DNA of 64,000 bases from Gemmatimonadaceae bacterium (GTDB lineage: Bacteria; Gemmatimonadota; Gemmatimonadetes; Gemmatimonadales; Gemmatimonadaceae). Below are positions 61,527-64,000 of the stretch, in pieces. The position numbers and the translations under genes are program-made. Location: assembly GCA_045803545.1 (NCBI GenBank), contig JBJMOW010000005.1:32001-96000 (forward strand). The letters are read 5' to 3'. The notes beneath the pieces were generated by a model that was not told where the DNA came from, made no database searches, and saw nothing but the letters and a program-made list of their open reading frames with translations. Within the stretch, counting starts at the first letter, position 1. Each line of letters starts with the position of its first letter.

Positions 61527-63445
61527 TACTTGTAGCTCCGCTGCGAGAGCTTGACGTTCTCGAACACCAGCGGCTCCTTGTTCAGAATGGGCGGCTTTCC
61601 CTCGCCTGCATATTCCCAGGCGGCGACGTACGCGAAATTCTCATCATCTCGCAACGCTTCGCCGTCGGCGGTCTGACTCTCTTCCCTGAAATGTCCCCCG
61701 CATGACTCTTTCCGGTGCAGCGCGTCGATGATCATCAGCTCGGCGAGCTCCAGGAAATCCGCGACGCGTCCTGCTTTCTCCAGAGCCTGATTGAGCTCGA
61801 CGTCGCTGCCCGGAACGTTCACGTTTCTCCAGTACTCTCCGCGCAGGTCGCGAACCAGTCCCAGCGCCTTCTGCAACCCGGCCTCATTGCGCGCCATTCC
61901 GCAATAGTCCCACATGATTTTGCCGAGCTCACGGTGGAACGACATCACCGTCCGCTTTCCGTCGATCGACAAAAGCCTTTTCGTCTGCTCCGCGACCTGT
62001 TCTTCCGCAGCTTTGAATTCGGGATGCGACGCGTCCACTTTCTCGGGCTTGTTCGCCGCGAGGTAGTCGCCGACGGTGTTCGGAATGACGAAGTATCCGT
62101 CCGCCAATCCCTGCATCAGCGCGCTCGCGCCGAGACGGTTAGCGCCGTGATCCGAGAAATTCGCTTCTCCAGTGACGTGCAGGCCATCGATCGTGCTCAT
62201 CAAATTGTAGTCGACCCACAGCCCGCCCATCGTATAGTGGACGGCAGGATAGATCCGCATCGGCACTTCGTAGGGATTCTCATCGGTGATGCGCTGATAC
62301 ATCTCGAAGAGATTCCCGTAACGCTCGCGAATTACGTCGGCACCAAGGCGCTTGATGGCATCACTGAAGTCCAGGTAGACGCCGAGTCCACTGTCACCGA
62401 CACCACGACCCTCATCGCAAACTTCCTTCGCGGCGCGAGACGCGATGTCCCGTGGCGCGAGATTGCCGAAGCTCGGGTACTTCCTTTCCAGGTAGTAGTC
62501 CCGCTCGTTCTCCGGAATCTGGCGCGGATCGCGCTTGTCGCCCTGCTTCTTAGGTACCCACACGCGGCCATCGTTGCGCAGCGACTCGCTCATCAGGGTG
62601 AGCTTCGATTGATACTCGCCGCTGACAGGGATGCACGTTGGATGAATCTGCGTATAACATGGATTGGCGAATCCAGCGCCGCGCTTGTACGCGCGCCATA
62701 TCGCAGTCGCATTCGAACCCTGCGCGTTGGTGGAGAGAAAGAACACGTTGCCGTAGCCGCCACTTGCGAGCACGACTGCGTCTGCCACGTGCGACTCGAT
62801 CGCACCCGTGACGAGATTGCGCGTCACGATGCCGCGCGTCTTGCCGTCGATCACCACGAGATCGAGCATTTCGGTGCGCGGATACATCGTCACCCCTTTG
62901 CGCTCGATCTGCCGCTCCAGCGCCTGATATGCGCCAAGCAGCAACTGTTGACCCGTCTGACCGCGAGCGTAAAAGGTTCTGGAAACCTGCGCGCCGCCGA
63001 ATGATCGATTCGCGAGCAAGCCGCCGTATTCACGCGCGAACGGGACACCCTGCGCCACGCACTGGTCGATGATGTTCACGCTCACTTCGGCCAGGCGATA
63101 TACGTTCGCCTCCCGTGAGCGAAAGTCGCCGCCCTTCACCGTATCATAGAACAGGCGGTAAACACTGTCACCGTCGTTCTGATAGTTCTTGGCTGCGTTG
63201 ATACCGCCCTGCGCCGCGATGCTGTGCGCACGACGCGGAGAATCCTGGAAGCAGAAACACTTCACCTTGTACCCAAGCTCACTCATCGTCGCCGCGCCGG
63301 CTGCTCCGGCGAGGCCCGATCCCACGACGATGATGGTGCTTTTCCGCTTGTTGGCGGGATTCACCAGCTTCATCTCGAAGCGATGCTTATTCCACTTGTC
63401 GCCGATCGGGCCGGTTGGAATGCGGGCGTTGAGCTGCAGGGTCAT
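61526..63445 (-). CDS. sdhA: Succinate dehydrogenase/fumarate reductase flavoprotein subunit
   Basis: [49 protein letters not shown] 63445. Confidence 0.96.
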   Translation of the reverse strand: MTLQLNARIPTGPIGDKWNKHRFEMKLVNPANKRKSTIIVVGSGLAGAAGAATMSELGYKVKCFCFQDSPRRAHSIAAQGGINAAKNYQNDGDSVYRLFYDTVKGGDFRSREANVYRLAEVSVNIIDQCVAQGVPFAREYGGLLANRSFGGAQVSRTFYARGQTGQQLLLGAYQALERQIERKGVTMYPRTEMLDLVVIDGKTRGIVTRNLVTGAIESHVADAVVLASGGYGNVFFLSTNAQGSNATAIWRAYKRGAGFANPCYTQIHPTCIPVSGEYQSKLTLMSESLRNDGRVWVPKKQGDKRDPRQIPENERDYYLERKYPSFGNLAPRDIASRAAKEVCDEGRGVGDSGLGVYLDFSDAIKRLGADVIRERYGNLFEMYQRITDENPYEVPMRIYPAVHYTMGGLWVDYNLMSTIDGLHVTGEANFSDHGANRLGASALMQGLADGYFVIPNTVGDYLAANKPEKVDASHPEFKAAEEQVAEQTKRLLSIDGKRTVMSFHRELGKIMWDYCGMARNEAGLQKALGLVRDLRGEYWRNVNVPGSDVELNQALEKAGRVADFLELAELMIIDALHRKESCGGHFREESQTADGEALRDDENFAYVAAWEYAGEGKPPILNKEPLVFENVKLSQRSYK

Positions 63446-64000
63446 CGCACAAAACCTGTGAATACCGCGAGCGGCACTGAAGTGAACGCTGCCCACACCA
63501 GGACCGCGATCAACAGCGAAAGTCGCCGATGCAACGGGCGCGGACTGGGAGGACTGACGCCAATGCTGCGCATCGAGCTCCACGCGCCGTGAAAAAGGTG
63601 AAAACCGAGCGCGATCATCGCGACTACGTAGAACAACGTGACCCACCAGATGCGAAAGCTGCTAATGACATTGCTATACACGTCTTCGTGACTGAAAACG
63701 CCAGCGGGCCGGATGGAGCCCGTCGTGAAATGCAGGATGTGAAGGACGATGAATATGAGCAGCAGAGCTCCACCCCACCGCATCGTACGCGACGCAACGG
63801 TCGCAACCTGTGCTTCGTGCTTCACATAACCCGTCGGTCGGGCTGCCCTGCTCTGTCGGGTGAGTTGCACGGCTGCGATCACATGCAAAGTCACCGCGAC
63901 GATCAACGTTATCCTGAGTGCCCACAGCAGCTCGGCGCTGCTTTTCAGGAAACGTGAATATGAGTTGAGTGCAGTTGATCCCTGAAAGATCAACAGGTTG
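63442..64000 (-). CDS. sdhC: Succinate dehydrogenase cytochrome b558 subunit (5' truncated by window)
   Basis: Hydrophobic with His ligands (TLHV, LHILHF, FHLFHG), ASRTM motif; upstream of sdhA. Confidence 0.9.
   Translation of the reverse strand, partial: NLLIFQGSTALNSYSRFLKSSAELLWALRITLIVAVTLHVIAAVQLTRQSRAARPTGYVKHEAQVATVASRTMRWGGALLLIFIVLHILHFTTGSIRPAGVFSHEDVYSNVISSFRIWWVTLFYVVAMIALGFHLFHGAWSSMRSIGVSPPSPRPLHRRLSLLIAVLVWAAFTSVPLAVFTGFVR

Noticed and set aside
61715..63004. Long antisense ORFs (429 aa here; also 29086-30162, 49378-50262, 16233-17042)
   Set aside because: Shadows of conserved genes on the opposite strand, expected from GC-rich codon bias; no recognisable motifs

Overview
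GC-rich bacterial chromosomal core region of a diderm, menaquinone-using organism. Gene order and content resemble Gemmatimonadota, but that is an inference from recall and was not verified. Positions 1-8.9 kb are all on the + strand: uvrC 3' end, DUF512 Fe-S protein, der, plsY, gpsA, MerR regulator, GT2, surE, pcm, an acidic hypothetical protein, acyP, tRNA-Arg(CCT) and a TPR protein. Positions 9.2-59.4 kb form an unbroken - strand run: dapF; a five-gene glycosylation cluster; rpoN; lptB, lptA-like and lptC; kdsD, kdsA, pyrG and kdsB; an outer-membrane barrel; trpG; xerD; dedA; ispF; futalosine genes mqnC/A/E; fab, acp, plsX and rpmF; ndk; sucDC; carbamate kinase; a UPF0182-like gene; PMM/PGM; and complete nuoA-N. 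The window ends with dcd, a small protein and sdhB/A/C. The two blocks converge on a 28-bp XerC/XerD dif-like site at 9005-9032, and KOPS-like octamers point towards it, so the window probably spans the replication terminus. Other non-obvious signals are a Rex-type operator in front of nuoA, three long intergenic palindromes, heptamer runs before two starts that lack a Shine-Dalgarno site, an LptB with a ~150-aa extra N-terminal domain, and an acidic Pro/DW-motif protein after pcm. No mobile element, CRISPR array or clearly new multi-gene system is evident. Start codons were re-chosen by eye where the ORF track over-extends.
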